Shown one piece after another: positions 48,239 to 58,207 of a stretch of DNA of 64,000 bases. Source of the DNA: Bacteroidota bacterium (GTDB lineage: Bacteria > Bacteroidota > Bacteroidia > Bacteroidales > WCHB1-69); contig WQTS01000138.1 of the NCBI GenBank assembly GCA_009786185.1, positions 1,652 to 65,651 on the forward strand, given 5' to 3'. Positions within the stretch are counted from its first letter, which is position 1. Each line of letters begins with the position of its first letter. Below the pieces are notes generated by a model. The model ran no database searches. It worked only from the letters and a program-made list of their open reading frames with translations, and was not told where the DNA came from. The position numbers and the translations under genes are program-made.

Positions 48239-50746
48239 CTAAAACTCAATCGCAAACTTCAAATTAATCAACCTCGGTGTTAAATAATTGGGAATAGCCC
48301 AATGGTTGTTAGCAATATCTTTAATCCACATATAGGAAGAAACATTGTTGTTGCCTAATAGGTTGAACACTTCAAAATAAAGTCCTGCATTTTTAATAGC
48401 ACGCGCAAATTTGTTTTTGTTTTTAAATCTGTCTCTGCTTTGTTCAAAGAAAATGTACGAAAAACCGATGTCCACGCGGAAATAATCTTTCATTTCAAGG
48501 GTGTTTTCTTTGGTACGCACAAAATCGGGGTTCCAAAATGGAATTCCGGTGGAATAGACGAAATTTAGACTCACGCGCAACGGACGAAATCCGGGAATGT
48601 GATCCTGGAAAAAAAGATTGAGTGCAAAACGCTGGTCGGTGGGACGCCTTTTGTAGGTAGGTTCCTCCAACTCTCCCTTATTGTTTACGAACGGATGTTT
48701 GTATTTATCCATTGTGCTCATAATAGAGATGGCGAGCCACGATTCCAGTCCTTCAATCAATTCGCCGCTAAAACGTGTGTCAAAGCCGGTGGCAAAGCCT
48801 TTCGCATCATTCATACCACTGTAAACAATTTGGATATTATCAACAAAATAAGAAATCAAATTGTCCAAATATTTGTAATATCCTTCCATGGAAAGCTTGA
48901 AAGGGCGGTTCAAAATTTTAAAATTGTATTCGCTTGCCAAAATCGCCTGATAAGAAAATTGCGACTTAATATTACGATTCAACTCGCCGTGCCTGTTTCG
49001 GTATTCTCTATAAAAAGGCGTTTGGTAATATACACCGGTTTTTAGCCAAAACAGCCAATCGTGTTTCCAGCGCGGTTTATAAAGCAATGATATACGCGGT
49101 GAAGCGTGAAACTCTTCATTATACGACCAATAATGAAACCGCACGCCGCCGTTTAGCGTAAAACGCGGGTCAGTGTCGCTGTCTATTTTCCAAACATCCT
49201 GCACAAATCCGGTAATACGAATCGTGCTTAATGAATTGTTAGAATTGTAAAAATTAAACTTTCCAAACTCCAATGGGCGCGAAGGATGGTCAAACGGCAC
49301 AGAATCGCCCGGAACTGTTGGAATGTGGGGCAAAGTATATCCGGCAGAATCGCTCCAATGCCATTGATACAGTTTATCTCGGATCCGTTCGTTTTGAACT
49401 TTAACGCCCCACGAAAAAGTGTTTCGCTTGGGCAACTGATGGTCTCCGCGAATATCGGCAGCCGAAACCAAAAATTGGATATGATTTCTTGTATGATCAA
49501 TGTTGGTTCCTACGGCACGTACCGAAATCTCTTCTACAGGATCTTTTTCTCTGTCAAAATTTATCTCAATATCACTGAGCCAATACTCACTTTGAATATC
49601 GAAAGTTTCGCTTTCTTTCGCATAATATGAAGACACAATTAACCTCAATTGGTTTTTTAAATTAGGACGATATGTAAAAGTTAATCCGCCTAAATAATTT
49701 TCATACCTATCTACTTCTTGTCCATCGAAAAAAACTGTAAACTGTTTAAAATCATCTATGGGGCCAAATCGAGTTGTGCGGTTGGAAGGAATAAAAAGAT
49801 ATTGGTTAATAGAAAAATTTCCCAGCAATCCGATTTCAAATTTATCGGAAATATTCCATCCCAGCAACATTTGTGCATCAAAAAAATTGGGTTTATAATC
49901 TCCTTTTGAATCCATTGAGTTAAGGAGATACGCATTAGTTTTGTATCTCACCCCAACGAGATACGTAAACACGTCGCGATTTTTTTGTTTGTTGCGCGCA
50001 CTGCCTTCAATGTGAGCGGAAGTACCCAAGAAGCCAATCATGAACGAACCGCCAAGCTGTTTGGGTTTTTTGTATTCCACATCCATCACGGAAGACATTT
50101 TGTCGCCATACTGCGCAGGAAAACCACCTGCAGAAAATTTTACCGCTTGCGTAAGATCCAAATTCACAAAACTTAACCCTTCCTGATTGCCGTTGCGCAC
50201 CAAAAAAGGGCGGTATATCTGAATGTCATTTACGAAAATTAAGTTTTCATCATAATTTCCGCCACGCACATTATACTGTGAGCTTAATTCATTCACAGAG
50301 GAAACCCCCGGAAGCATTTTAATTAAACCTTCGGCGCCGCCGGTGGGCGAGGGTAGTGTAAACGTTAACCTCGGATCTACGCGCGTATAACCATCTGTAA
50401 ACGTGGTGGAAATATCCACTCTTTCCAATTTGGAACCGGTAGGAGTAAGCTCTAAATCCAATTTTAAACGTTCTCTTGGTAAGCCTTTTACGGTAACAAT
50501 TGTATCATGATAAGCCATGTGTCTGAAATGCAACTGCACCTCAATATGGGCAGGCACAGTAATTTGATACTTCCCATCTTCGGTAGAAATTGCGGTGTGG
50601 TCGGTTTGCGGCGACAGTACCATCACGTTATCCACTGGGTTTTGCGCATCACGAATTGTTCCGTATACGGTAACAGTGTTTTGCGCGCACAAAATTAAGG
50701 TCGTAAAGATGAATAAAGTCAGAAAAAAAATGCGCCGCATTTTCAA
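48239..50746 (-). CDS. TonB-dependent receptor-like outer membrane protein
   Basis: CarboxypepD-like N-terminus, plug LPGV..NELSSQYNVRGG.YDEN, GGF.AQYGDKMSS, C-terminal Phe. Confidence 0.85.
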   Translation of the reverse strand: MKMRRIFFLTLFIFTTLILCAQNTVTVYGTIRDAQNPVDNVMVLSPQTDHTAISTEDGKYQITVPAHIEVQLHFRHMAYHDTIVTVKGLPRERLKLDLELTPTGSKLERVDISTTFTDGYTRVDPRLTFTLPSPTGGAEGLIKMLPGVSSVNELSSQYNVRGGNYDENLIFVNDIQIYRPFLVRNGNQEGLSFVNLDLTQAVKFSAGGFPAQYGDKMSSVMDVEYKKPKQLGGSFMIGFLGTSAHIEGSARNKQKNRDVFTYLVGVRYKTNAYLLNSMDSKGDYKPNFFDAQMLLGWNISDKFEIGLLGNFSINQYLFIPSNRTTRFGPIDDFKQFTVFFDGQEVDRYENYLGGLTFTYRPNLKNQLRLIVSSYYAKESETFDIQSEYWLSDIEINFDREKDPVEEISVRAVGTNIDHTRNHIQFLVSAADIRGDHQLPKRNTFSWGVKVQNERIRDKLYQWHWSDSAGYTLPHIPTVPGDSVPFDHPSRPLEFGKFNFYNSNNSLSTIRITGFVQDVWKIDSDTDPRFTLNGGVRFHYWSYNEEFHASPRISLLYKPRWKHDWLFWLKTGVYYQTPFYREYRNRHGELNRNIKSQFSYQAILASEYNFKILNRPFKLSMEGYYKYLDNLISYFVDNIQIVYSGMNDAKGFATGFDTRFSGELIEGLESWLAISIMSTMDKYKHPFVNNKGELEEPTYKRRPTDQRFALNLFFQDHIPGFRPLRVSLNFVYSTGIPFWNPDFVRTKENTLEMKDYFRVDIGFSYIFFEQSRDRFKNKNKFARAIKNAGLYFEVFNLLGNNNVSSYMWIKDIANNHWAIPNYLTPRLINLKFAIEF

Positions 50747-50798
50747 TGGAAAATGGTTTAGAATATAAAATACGAAATAATAGCGTTTTTATTATCCG

Positions 50799-51776
50799 TT
50801 ACCTCGAATTAATAAAATTATTCAACTCATTAATACTACTCGAATATTGAAAAGCGTCATTCACCTTATAATATTTATTTTGGTCGTACACAAATTCGTA
50901 AGCAAATTTTGCAAGATCTACGCGATCTTTATCGAAAGAGAACATTCTTAGGAGATCGCTAATCTGATCGGAGGTCATACAAGAGTTTTTAATAACTTGT
51001 TTTGCTAATGTTACTTTATCTTTTTCAAAAGATTTTGATTGAATGGAGCTTTTCGCTTCTACAAAATCAACGGTAGACATGGGCTGGAAACATCTGTTGG
51101 CAGGAGCAGCCGGAGCCGGAGCTGGTGCCGGTGCCGGTGCCGGTGCGGTATTTACGGTACTTCCGGTAGTGGTGGTAGTTGTTGTTGTGGTCGTAGTCAT
51201 GGTGGTGGTCGTAGTTATGCCGCCCGCTGATACGTTCATATTCAAATTAATAGACTCTTGCCCTGCACCCGCTTGAATACCCATAGAGCTTTCGCTTATG
51301 TTCATATTTATATTTACATTTTCTGTGCCATCGTTGATATTCATTGAAATAGTGCCGTCTGTTGTAGCAGGATTGTTGTTTTGCTGTTGATTACGGTTGT
51401 GGTGCGACCCGTGCCTTCTGTCTGTTTCCGGCTGTGCCTCCATAACCCTTGGCGATTCGCCTCTAAGTGCTAAATTCCACTTTCCCTTGTTATTTTGTTT
51501 AGCTACCATGGTTATTTCTAGATTTTTTTCTTCTCTGTAAACCCTTCCTGTCAATTCCGGAATTGATTTGTTGGCAAACGCAAGGCGTAATTGATAACTA
51601 TGTCCGCTAATATTTTTAGCTTTTACATTAGCCGCGGGAACATCATTTTGTTTAGCGCCATTTACATAAAGGATGAATGTTTCACCGTTTTCGGTATAAA
51701 CCGTAATATCGTTAGTTTGGGCAAAACCTAATGTGCATAGGCAGCACAATAAGATGATAAAGAAACTTTTTTTCAT
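50799..51776 (-). CDS. Exported DUF4476-like domain protein with Thr/Pro-Ala linker
   Basis: Signal peptide; C-terminal MS..DF......SFEKDK...C.TS.QI...FSFDKDR...AK.AY..V.D. Confidence 0.7.
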   Translation of the reverse strand: MKKSFFIILLCCLCTLGFAQTNDITVYTENGETFILYVNGAKQNDVPAANVKAKNISGHSYQLRLAFANKSIPELTGRVYREEKNLEITMVAKQNNKGKWNLALRGESPRVMEAQPETDRRHGSHHNRNQQQNNNPATTDGTISMNINDGTENVNINMNISESSMGIQAGAGQESINLNMNVSAGGITTTTTMTTTTTTTTTTTGSTVNTAPAPAPAPAPAPAAPANRCFQPMSTVDFVEAKSSIQSKSFEKDKVTLAKQVIKNSCMTSDQISDLLRMFSFDKDRVDLAKFAYEFVYDQNKYYKVNDAFQYSSSINELNNFINSR

Positions 51777-51952
51777 AATAGGTTGGTTTTAATTTTTTTT
51801 TTACTAAAATAATAATTCGGCAAAAATACAATTTTTTGCATCTTGTTTTTCATTATTATTTATTTTCTCAACAATTCTTCATAGAAAATAAGCAAAATGA
51901 CTCTATTTTTAATCACTTTTTTTCGTTAATTCGCAGCTTAAAAATCAAAACA

Positions 51953-52198
51953 ATGGAACATACAGCTTTAATAGAAAAAATAACCTCAATTATTGAACAA
52001 ATTCGCCCTTATTTACAACAAGATGGAGGTGATATTCAATTTATTGAATTAACTCCGGAAAACATTGTGCGCGTTCAACTTCGCGGCGCCTGCGGAAGTT
52101 GCCCGCATGCAAAAATTACCCTCAAACACATGGTGGAAGCTACGATTATGGAGCAATGCCCGGAAATTAAAGGAGTGGAAGATATTAACTTAGGGTAA
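51953..52198 (+). CDS. NifU/NfuA-type Fe-S carrier
   Basis: IRPYLQQDGGDI, LRGACGSCP. Confidence 0.9.
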   Translation: MEHTALIEKITSIIEQIRPYLQQDGGDIQFIELTPENIVRVQLRGACGSCPHAKITLKHMVEATIMEQCPEIKGVEDINLG

Positions 52199-52264
52199 GC
52201 GGTTTGCAGTGTGCGGTGAGCGACATGACTCACCGCATACCGCATACCGCATACCGCAAACCGT
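52198..52264. repeat. Heptamer (accgcat)n palindromic element
   Basis: gcggtttgcagtgtgcggtgag ... ctcaccgcataccgcataccgcataccgcaaaccg. Confidence 0.7.
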
Positions 52265-52271
52265 AATAACT

Positions 52272-53369
52272 ATGGGACTAAAATGCGGAATTATCGGGCT
52301 GACAAACAGCGGAAAAACAACGCTGTTTAATTGTATTTCCAATACGAAAGCAGCGATTACCGATTTTGCGTACAGTACGAATAAATCGAATATTGGCGTG
52401 TGTAATGTGCCCGATCCGAGGTTGGAGCATATTGATACCTTCATCAAAGCGGAGCGATTGGTATATGCCACGATGGATGTTGTGGACATTCCGGGTTTGG
52501 CAAAAGGCGCCTCGCAAGGCGAAGGCATCGGAAATACGTTTTTGGCAGATGTGCGTTTGTGTGACGCTTTAATTCATGTGTTGCGCTGTTTCGATAATCC
52601 GAACTTGCCCCACGTGGAAGGCTCTATTAACCCCGTTCGCGATATTGAAATCATTGATTTTGAATTGCAAGTAAAAGACCTGGAGCAAATTGAACGGAAA
52701 ATGTTGAAAGTGGAGAAAGCCATGAAAGCAGGAGAAAAAAGTGCCAAACAAGATTACGAAACACTTCAAAAATATAAAACACATATCGAAAATTTTCAGA
52801 ATGTAAGCACATTAGAGGTTGCGTCCGAAGAACGCGCCGTAGTAGCTGATTTGCTTTTGCTTACCGAAAAACCGCAGTTATTTGTATGTAACGTGAACGA
52901 TGAAGATGCGGTGAACGGAAATAAATATGTAGAGCAAGTGCAAGAGTATCTGAAAGATAAAAATGCGGAAATGCTTATCATTGCCGGAAAAATTGAATCC
53001 GAAATTGCGGAATTAGATGATGAAGAAGAACGTATGGTGTTTCTGCAAGATGTAGGGTTAAGCGAAGCCGGCGTGCGCAAAGTAATTCGCGCCGCTTATA
53101 AGTTGCTGAACCTCATCTCTTTTTTTACAGTGGGCGGCAAAGAAAACCGCGCCTGGACGATAAGAAAAGGTATGTTGGCGCCACAGGCTGCCGGCGCCAT
53201 TCACAGCGACTTGGAACGCGGGTTCATTCGCGCCGAAGTAATTAAATACAACGACTTAGTGGCGCTCGGATCCGAATTAAAATGTAAGGAAGCCGGAAAA
53301 CTTTCCGTAGAAGGAAAAACCTATCAGGTACAAGACGGAGACATTTTGCATATTAGATTTAATGTTTAA
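52272..53369 (+). CDS. ychF: Redox-regulated ATPase YchF
   Basis: DIPGLAKGASQGEGIGN.FL, APQAAGAIHSD.ERGFIRAEV, EGK.Y.VQDGD. Confidence 0.93.
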   Translation: MGLKCGIIGLTNSGKTTLFNCISNTKAAITDFAYSTNKSNIGVCNVPDPRLEHIDTFIKAERLVYATMDVVDIPGLAKGASQGEGIGNTFLADVRLCDALIHVLRCFDNPNLPHVEGSINPVRDIEIIDFELQVKDLEQIERKMLKVEKAMKAGEKSAKQDYETLQKYKTHIENFQNVSTLEVASEERAVVADLLLLTEKPQLFVCNVNDEDAVNGNKYVEQVQEYLKDKNAEMLIIAGKIESEIAELDDEEERMVFLQDVGLSEAGVRKVIRAAYKLLNLISFFTVGGKENRAWTIRKGMLAPQAAGAIHSDLERGFIRAEVIKYNDLVALGSELKCKEAGKLSVEGKTYQVQDGDILHIRFNV

Positions 53370-53462
53370 AGATTTAAAAATTTAAAACCACAACCCATTA
53401 CCTTTAAATATTTAAATCTTAAACTCTTAATTCTTAAATTTTTAACCCAAAAACATATCATT

Positions 53463-54365
53463 ATGAAAAATTACAAAATTTTATTTCTGTTTTTAGCGAT
53501 TGCATTTGTTGCAACCAGTTGTGTTTCATCAAAAAAATACAAAGAATTGGATGCCCTATATCAAAAATGCACCGATGATTTGAATTATACGACTTCTGAA
53601 AAAATTGATTTTGAAAACAAAAGCAAAGAGTTGGCATCGGAAATTGTAACTTTAAAGGTACAAATTGAAAAATTGAAAGAGGACACCACTGCGATGGGAA
53701 GAAGAATTCGCATTGCAGAAAATCAATTGAATAAAATGAAAGGCGATTACGATGAACTTTTAAAAAGCTTCACTGATCAAAATTTAACATTTATTAATAC
53801 GCTACAAGAGCGTGAAAAAGAATTGGCAGAAAAAGAAGCGCGTTTGGCAGAATTGCAAAATATTTTAGCGCAAAAAGACGCTGAAGTAAAAGCATTAAAA
53901 AATAAAGTAACCAATGCACTGAAAGGATTTGAAGATCATGGCTTAACGATTTACGAAAAAAATGGGAAAGTATATGTGTCGTTAGATGAAAAATTGCTCT
54001 TTGCCTCAGGAAGTTGGGAAATTGATAACAGAGGGAAAGAGGCGTTGGCAGAATTGGGCAAAGTGCTTGCCCAAGACACAGATATCAATGTGATGATTGA
54101 AGGACATACGGATAACGTTCCTTTTAGAGGGAGTGGCAATGTGAAAGACAATTGGGATTTGAGCGTGATGCGCGCCACTGCAGTGGTAAAAGAAGTTTTG
54201 AAAAATAAAGGAATTGACCCACAGCGTGTTACGGCTGCCGGAAGAAGCGAATATGTTCCTATTGATCCTGCGGATACAAGAGAAGCGCGCGCGAGAAACC
54301 GCCGTACCGAAATTATTTTAACGCCGAAATTAGACGAACTTTTCAGAATTATTGACAGCCAATAA
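53463..54365 (+). CDS. OmpA/MotB-family lipoprotein with coiled coil
   Basis: Lipobox ATS-CVSSKKY; LLFASGS, EGHTD, NWDLSVMRA, NRRTEI. Confidence 0.88.
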   Translation: MKNYKILFLFLAIAFVATSCVSSKKYKELDALYQKCTDDLNYTTSEKIDFENKSKELASEIVTLKVQIEKLKEDTTAMGRRIRIAENQLNKMKGDYDELLKSFTDQNLTFINTLQEREKELAEKEARLAELQNILAQKDAEVKALKNKVTNALKGFEDHGLTIYEKNGKVYVSLDEKLLFASGSWEIDNRGKEALAELGKVLAQDTDINVMIEGHTDNVPFRGSGNVKDNWDLSVMRATAVVKEVLKNKGIDPQRVTAAGRSEYVPIDPADTREARARNRRTEIILTPKLDELFRIIDSQ

Positions 54366-56882
54366 TTGAAAACAATTCCGTTTTTTTCAAAAACAGCATT
54401 GGATTGGTTTGAAGAAAACCAACGCCGGTTGCCTTGGCGCGGGGAAAGCGACCCGTATAAGATTTGGGTTTCGGAAATTATTTTGCAGCAAACACGTGTA
54501 AACCAAGGCTGGGAGTATTACGAGCGATTTGTGGAACGGTTTCCTAATGTAAAATCGTTGGCAGAAGCGCCTTTGCAAGAAGTTTTACATGTGTGGCAAG
54601 GATTGGGTTACTATTCCCGGGCGCGCAATATGCACACGGCTGCCCAACAAATAATGCAGGATTATCAGAGTGTTTTTCCGCATAATTATTTGGAAATTAG
54701 AAAACTGAAAGGTATTGGCGATTACACGGCTGCAGCCATTGGCTCTATTGCATTCAGGCTTCCTTATCCTGCCGTAGATGGCAACGTATTGCGCGTAATT
54801 ACAAGAATATTTGGTATCTACGATGATATCTCACAACAAAAAACGGTACGCACCATTACGCAACTTTGCCAAGAATTAATAGATAAGGAAAATCCGGGTG
54901 ATTTTAATCAGGCGCTCATGGAATTAGGCGCTATTCAATGCACATCCAAAAAACCGGCTTGTGAAACTTGCCCATTTGCAACTTATTGTGTAGCTTTTGA
55001 AAAGGAACAAGTAACTTTGCTGCCTGTAAAGTCTTCTAAACTAAAAGTTAAAGACCGCTTTTTGCACTACTTTATCTTCCTTAAAGACGATAAAGTCATT
55101 ATTGAACAACGCACCGCCAACGATATTTGGAAAAATTTGTATCAGTTTCCTTTGATTGAAACCCAGACCGTTTGCGAAAAAATTTCCGATTTCGATGAAA
55201 TGCAGCCTGTTTTTTTGAAAGAGATAAAACATAAACTTACCCACCAACATTTAACGATTCGGTTTTATGTGCTAAATGGTGAATTTCCGGAATTGAAAAA
55301 CAATCAAATCATCATTCCCATAAAAAGATTAAAAGATTATCCTTTCCCTGTGCCTTTAAAAGGAATTTTAGAAAATGCAGATTCTGAAATGTCTTTCTTT
55401 CAGCAAATTATCGAACCTTTGTGTTTAAATTTTCAGAAACATGAAACAAATCCCGCATTTTGCATCAATGAAGTTTTTTATTCTTACAAACAATTAAACC
55501 TGCGGGTGGGTGCCATTTTAACCGCATTAAAAAATGTTAAAAACAAGAACATCGCTTTGGCGGCGCATGACCATATTGACACTTATGCTACCATTATCGC
55601 GTGTTGGCTGTTGCACAAATATTATATTCCGTTAAATCCGGCTTTTCCTGTAGAGCGCAATTTGCAAATTTTGGAACAAACGCAAGCTTCTGTTGTTTTA
55701 GATGTGGTAACCGATTCTGTCTTTAAAAATAATAAAACTATTATCGTAACCTCCGAGCTGCAAGATGCTGACATTGATTGGAATGTAGTTGAAAGACAAA
55801 AAGATAATGATGATGACTTTGCGTATCTTTTGTTTACTTCCGGCAGCACGGGCATCCCCAAAGGCGTGCCGATAACACGCCATAATTTGGCTGCTTTTAT
55901 AGCAGGTTATAAAGAAGTTATTCCCGATCTTTCGGAAAACGACCGTTGTTTGCAAATGTTCGATCTTACTTTCGATATGTCGGTGGTAAGCTATTTATTC
56001 CCGCTGTTGCACGGCGCTTGCATTTATACCATTCCCGCGGATAAACTGAAATATCAATATGTTTATACACTTTTAGAACGACACACTTTGACTTATCTTA
56101 CCTTAGTGCCTTCTGTGTTGCACTATTTGCAAAACTATTTTGAAGAGATTTATGCACCTTCGGTGCGCTACTGTTTATTTGCCGGCGAAGCGTTATTAGA
56201 AAATATTGTAAATCAGTGGCATAAATGTGTGCCGAATGCCGTACAAATGAACTTGCTTGGACCTACCGAAGCCACCATTTACTGCACACATCACACAGTA
56301 AAATACAATACTGCTTATCGAAATGGAATTGTTTCTGTGGGCAAGGAATTGAAAAACACGTCCTTAGAAGTATTTAATGATGATTATATCCAATTTTTGA
56401 CAAGCGAAGCGGGCGAATTGTGCATTGCGGGCGCACAACTTACCCCCGGATATCTTAATAATGAAGAATTAAACCGGGAAAAGTTTTTTACCATACATTA
56501 CAAAGAAAAACCAACGCGATTTTATAAAACAGGCGATTTGTGCATTAAAAATCCCGATGGTTCTATAGATTTTATAGGACGGAAAGACACGCAAATTAAA
56601 ATCAGCGGATTTCGCGTAGAGCTTTCGGAGATAGAGTTTCATGCACGCAAAGCGCTGGATAACAGAGTTAATGCTGTTGCGCTTGCCACAACCAATGCCT
56701 TTGGAAATCCGGAAATCGTTTTGTTTTATGAAACTACAGAACAAGCTACAGAGTCCATACTTCATTACTTACAAAAAATGTTGCCTTACTATATGATTCC
56801 CCGAGAAATTTGCTTTATACCACAATTCCCATTAAATGCAAACGGTAAAATAGATAAAAAGAGACTGTTATGTCAGCAATAA
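54366..56882 (+). CDS. mutY: A/G-specific adenine glycosylase MutY fused in frame to an amino-acid adenylation (DltA/NRPS A-type) domain
   Basis: aa 1-341: LPWR, VSEIILQQT, WQGLGYYSRARN, LKGIG.YTA, VDGNV, C-x6-C-x2-C-x5-C. From ATG 55389: FTSGSTGIPKG, FDMSV, GPTE, YKTGDL, GRKDTQIK..G.RVEL.EIE, NGKIDK. Confidence 0.85.
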   Translation: MKTIPFFSKTALDWFEENQRRLPWRGESDPYKIWVSEIILQQTRVNQGWEYYERFVERFPNVKSLAEAPLQEVLHVWQGLGYYSRARNMHTAAQQIMQDYQSVFPHNYLEIRKLKGIGDYTAAAIGSIAFRLPYPAVDGNVLRVITRIFGIYDDISQQKTVRTITQLCQELIDKENPGDFNQALMELGAIQCTSKKPACETCPFATYCVAFEKEQVTLLPVKSSKLKVKDRFLHYFIFLKDDKVIIEQRTANDIWKNLYQFPLIETQTVCEKISDFDEMQPVFLKEIKHKLTHQHLTIRFYVLNGEFPELKNNQIIIPIKRLKDYPFPVPLKGILENADSEMSFFQQIIEPLCLNFQKHETNPAFCINEVFYSYKQLNLRVGAILTALKNVKNKNIALAAHDHIDTYATIIACWLLHKYYIPLNPAFPVERNLQILEQTQASVVLDVVTDSVFKNNKTIIVTSELQDADIDWNVVERQKDNDDDFAYLLFTSGSTGIPKGVPITRHNLAAFIAGYKEVIPDLSENDRCLQMFDLTFDMSVVSYLFPLLHGACIYTIPADKLKYQYVYTLLERHTLTYLTLVPSVLHYLQNYFEEIYAPSVRYCLFAGEALLENIVNQWHKCVPNAVQMNLLGPTEATIYCTHHTVKYNTAYRNGIVSVGKELKNTSLEVFNDDYIQFLTSEAGELCIAGAQLTPGYLNNEELNREKFFTIHYKEKPTRFYKTGDLCIKNPDGSIDFIGRKDTQIKISGFRVELSEIEFHARKALDNRVNAVALATTNAFGNPEIVLFYETTEQATESILHYLQKMLPYYMIPREICFIPQFPLNANGKIDKKRLLCQQ

Positions 56883-57550
56883 CTCATTACAAAGAATTTA
56901 TTATTAGAAAAGCTACAGCGCAAGACATTGATTTTCTGATTTCTGTCATCTGTCATGCCGAAAAAAGCGGCACTGATAAATTTCCTTTGGCATGGTTGCT
57001 TGGAAAAACTGAAGCAGAGTTATATCCTGTGTTAGAGTACTTTTTAAAAGAAGATATTGAAGGTTCGGAATTTGCATTATCCGGTTTTCTTGTTGCAGAA
57101 TATCGGGGAGATGCCGTGGCCGCCGTAAACGCCTGGATTGAAAAACGAAATAGTTTGCATTTGTCTTCAGCGTTAATTAAAGCGCATCTTTTCAAAAATA
57201 TACTTACGCCTGCCGAATTTCAAATATTTCAACAAAAGGCAACCCTTTTAACAGATTTTATGATTGAACGTGAAGAGCAAGTCTTACAGTTTGAAAATGG
57301 CTACACCCTGCCCGAATTTCAGAGCAAAGGAATTATGAGCGCCCTTTACGCAGCGCAAATTTCATACCACCACCAACTTTACCCCGAATTGCGCAAAGTG
57401 CACGGTCATATATTTGCCAATAACGAAAAATCTATTGCAACGTGCCAAAAAGCTGGGTTTACTATAGTGAAACAAACTTTTTCAGATCATTCTGAAATAG
57501 CGGCTCATTTTCCTTATTGCTCTAAAGTTTTATTAGAGAAAATTTTATAG
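56870..57550 (+). CDS. GNAT-family N-acetyltransferase
   Basis: IIRKAT..D, PEFQSKGI (acetyl-CoA motif A), N..S.....KAGF; overlaps upstream stop. Confidence 0.7.
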   Translation: MSAITHYKEFIIRKATAQDIDFLISVICHAEKSGTDKFPLAWLLGKTEAELYPVLEYFLKEDIEGSEFALSGFLVAEYRGDAVAAVNAWIEKRNSLHLSSALIKAHLFKNILTPAEFQIFQQKATLLTDFMIEREEQVLQFENGYTLPEFQSKGIMSALYAAQISYHHQLYPELRKVHGHIFANNEKSIATCQKAGFTIVKQTFSDHSEIAAHFPYCSKVLLEKIL

Positions 57551-57586
57551 TCTGAATTCTATTTTCGTTAAGGTTTAACGTATAAA

Positions 57587-57746
57587 GTACGAGATTCCTC
57601 GCTGCGCTTGGAATGACGATTCTTGCGCAAAGGAGGGGAATGTGGCGGCAGCGCAACATGACAGTGCAATGCGAACATTCTTGCCGCCGCTACTTTTGTT
57701 ATTCACAGTAGCGCTGTCATTCCGAGCGTAGCGAGGAATCTCGTGC
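57587..57746. repeat. Palindromic MITE/REP element (gtcattccgagcgtagcgaggaatctc family)
   Basis: gtacgagattcctcgctgcgcttggaatgac ... gtcattccgagcgtagcgaggaatctcgtgc inverted ends; inner ggcggca/tgccgcc pair. Confidence 0.8.
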
Positions 57747-57781
57747 AACTCCGCGTGCTCTCTGTGCTAAAAAATCCAAAC

Positions 57782-57814
57782 AAAAAAAGCGACTTTTTTA
57801 AGAGCCGCTTTTTT
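57782..57814. terminator. Bidirectional intrinsic terminator
   Basis: aaaaaaagcgactttt..aagagccgctttttt. Confidence 0.65.
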
Positions 57815-57835
57815 GAGTTATTTAATTTAAAATGC

Positions 57836-58042
57836 TTATTTACACTCAACTCCATTTTTTTTACCATCTATTTCTATTACAGTATTCAGATCTGAGCATT
57901 TTGCATGCCCTCCAAGATCAATATCTGATACTGTAATAGTCTTCTCTCCAAGAAGCCAAGTGTCACAAGTACAAGTTTTTTTACAAGAAGTAAACGCTAC
58001 AAAAGCGCCACCAATAAGCAATAATACCAATAATTTTTTCAT
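57836..58042 (-). CDS. Small Cys-containing lipoprotein
   Basis: MKKLLVLLLIGGAFVAFTS-CKKTCTC...C...C. Confidence 0.75.
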   Translation of the reverse strand: MKKLLVLLLIGGAFVAFTSCKKTCTCDTWLLGEKTITVSDIDLGGHAKCSDLNTVIEIDGKKNGVECK

Positions 58043-58207
58043 AATGATTTAATGTGTTTTTTAATAAGCCTACTCTTTAGGATTTTCGGCATCCTCCAAA
58101 ATTAACAAGCGCAAAAATACACTTTATAATATACATAGAGATTTTTTTTGAAAAAATGTGGCTTAATCAAATATTTCTGCTACTTTCGCGTTTTTCGTGA
58201 AATACCT

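Noticed and set aside
51039-51276. Ala-Gly/Val-repeat ORFs on the plus strand
   Set aside because: Antisense shadows of the Thr and Pro-Ala linker of the minus-strand gene
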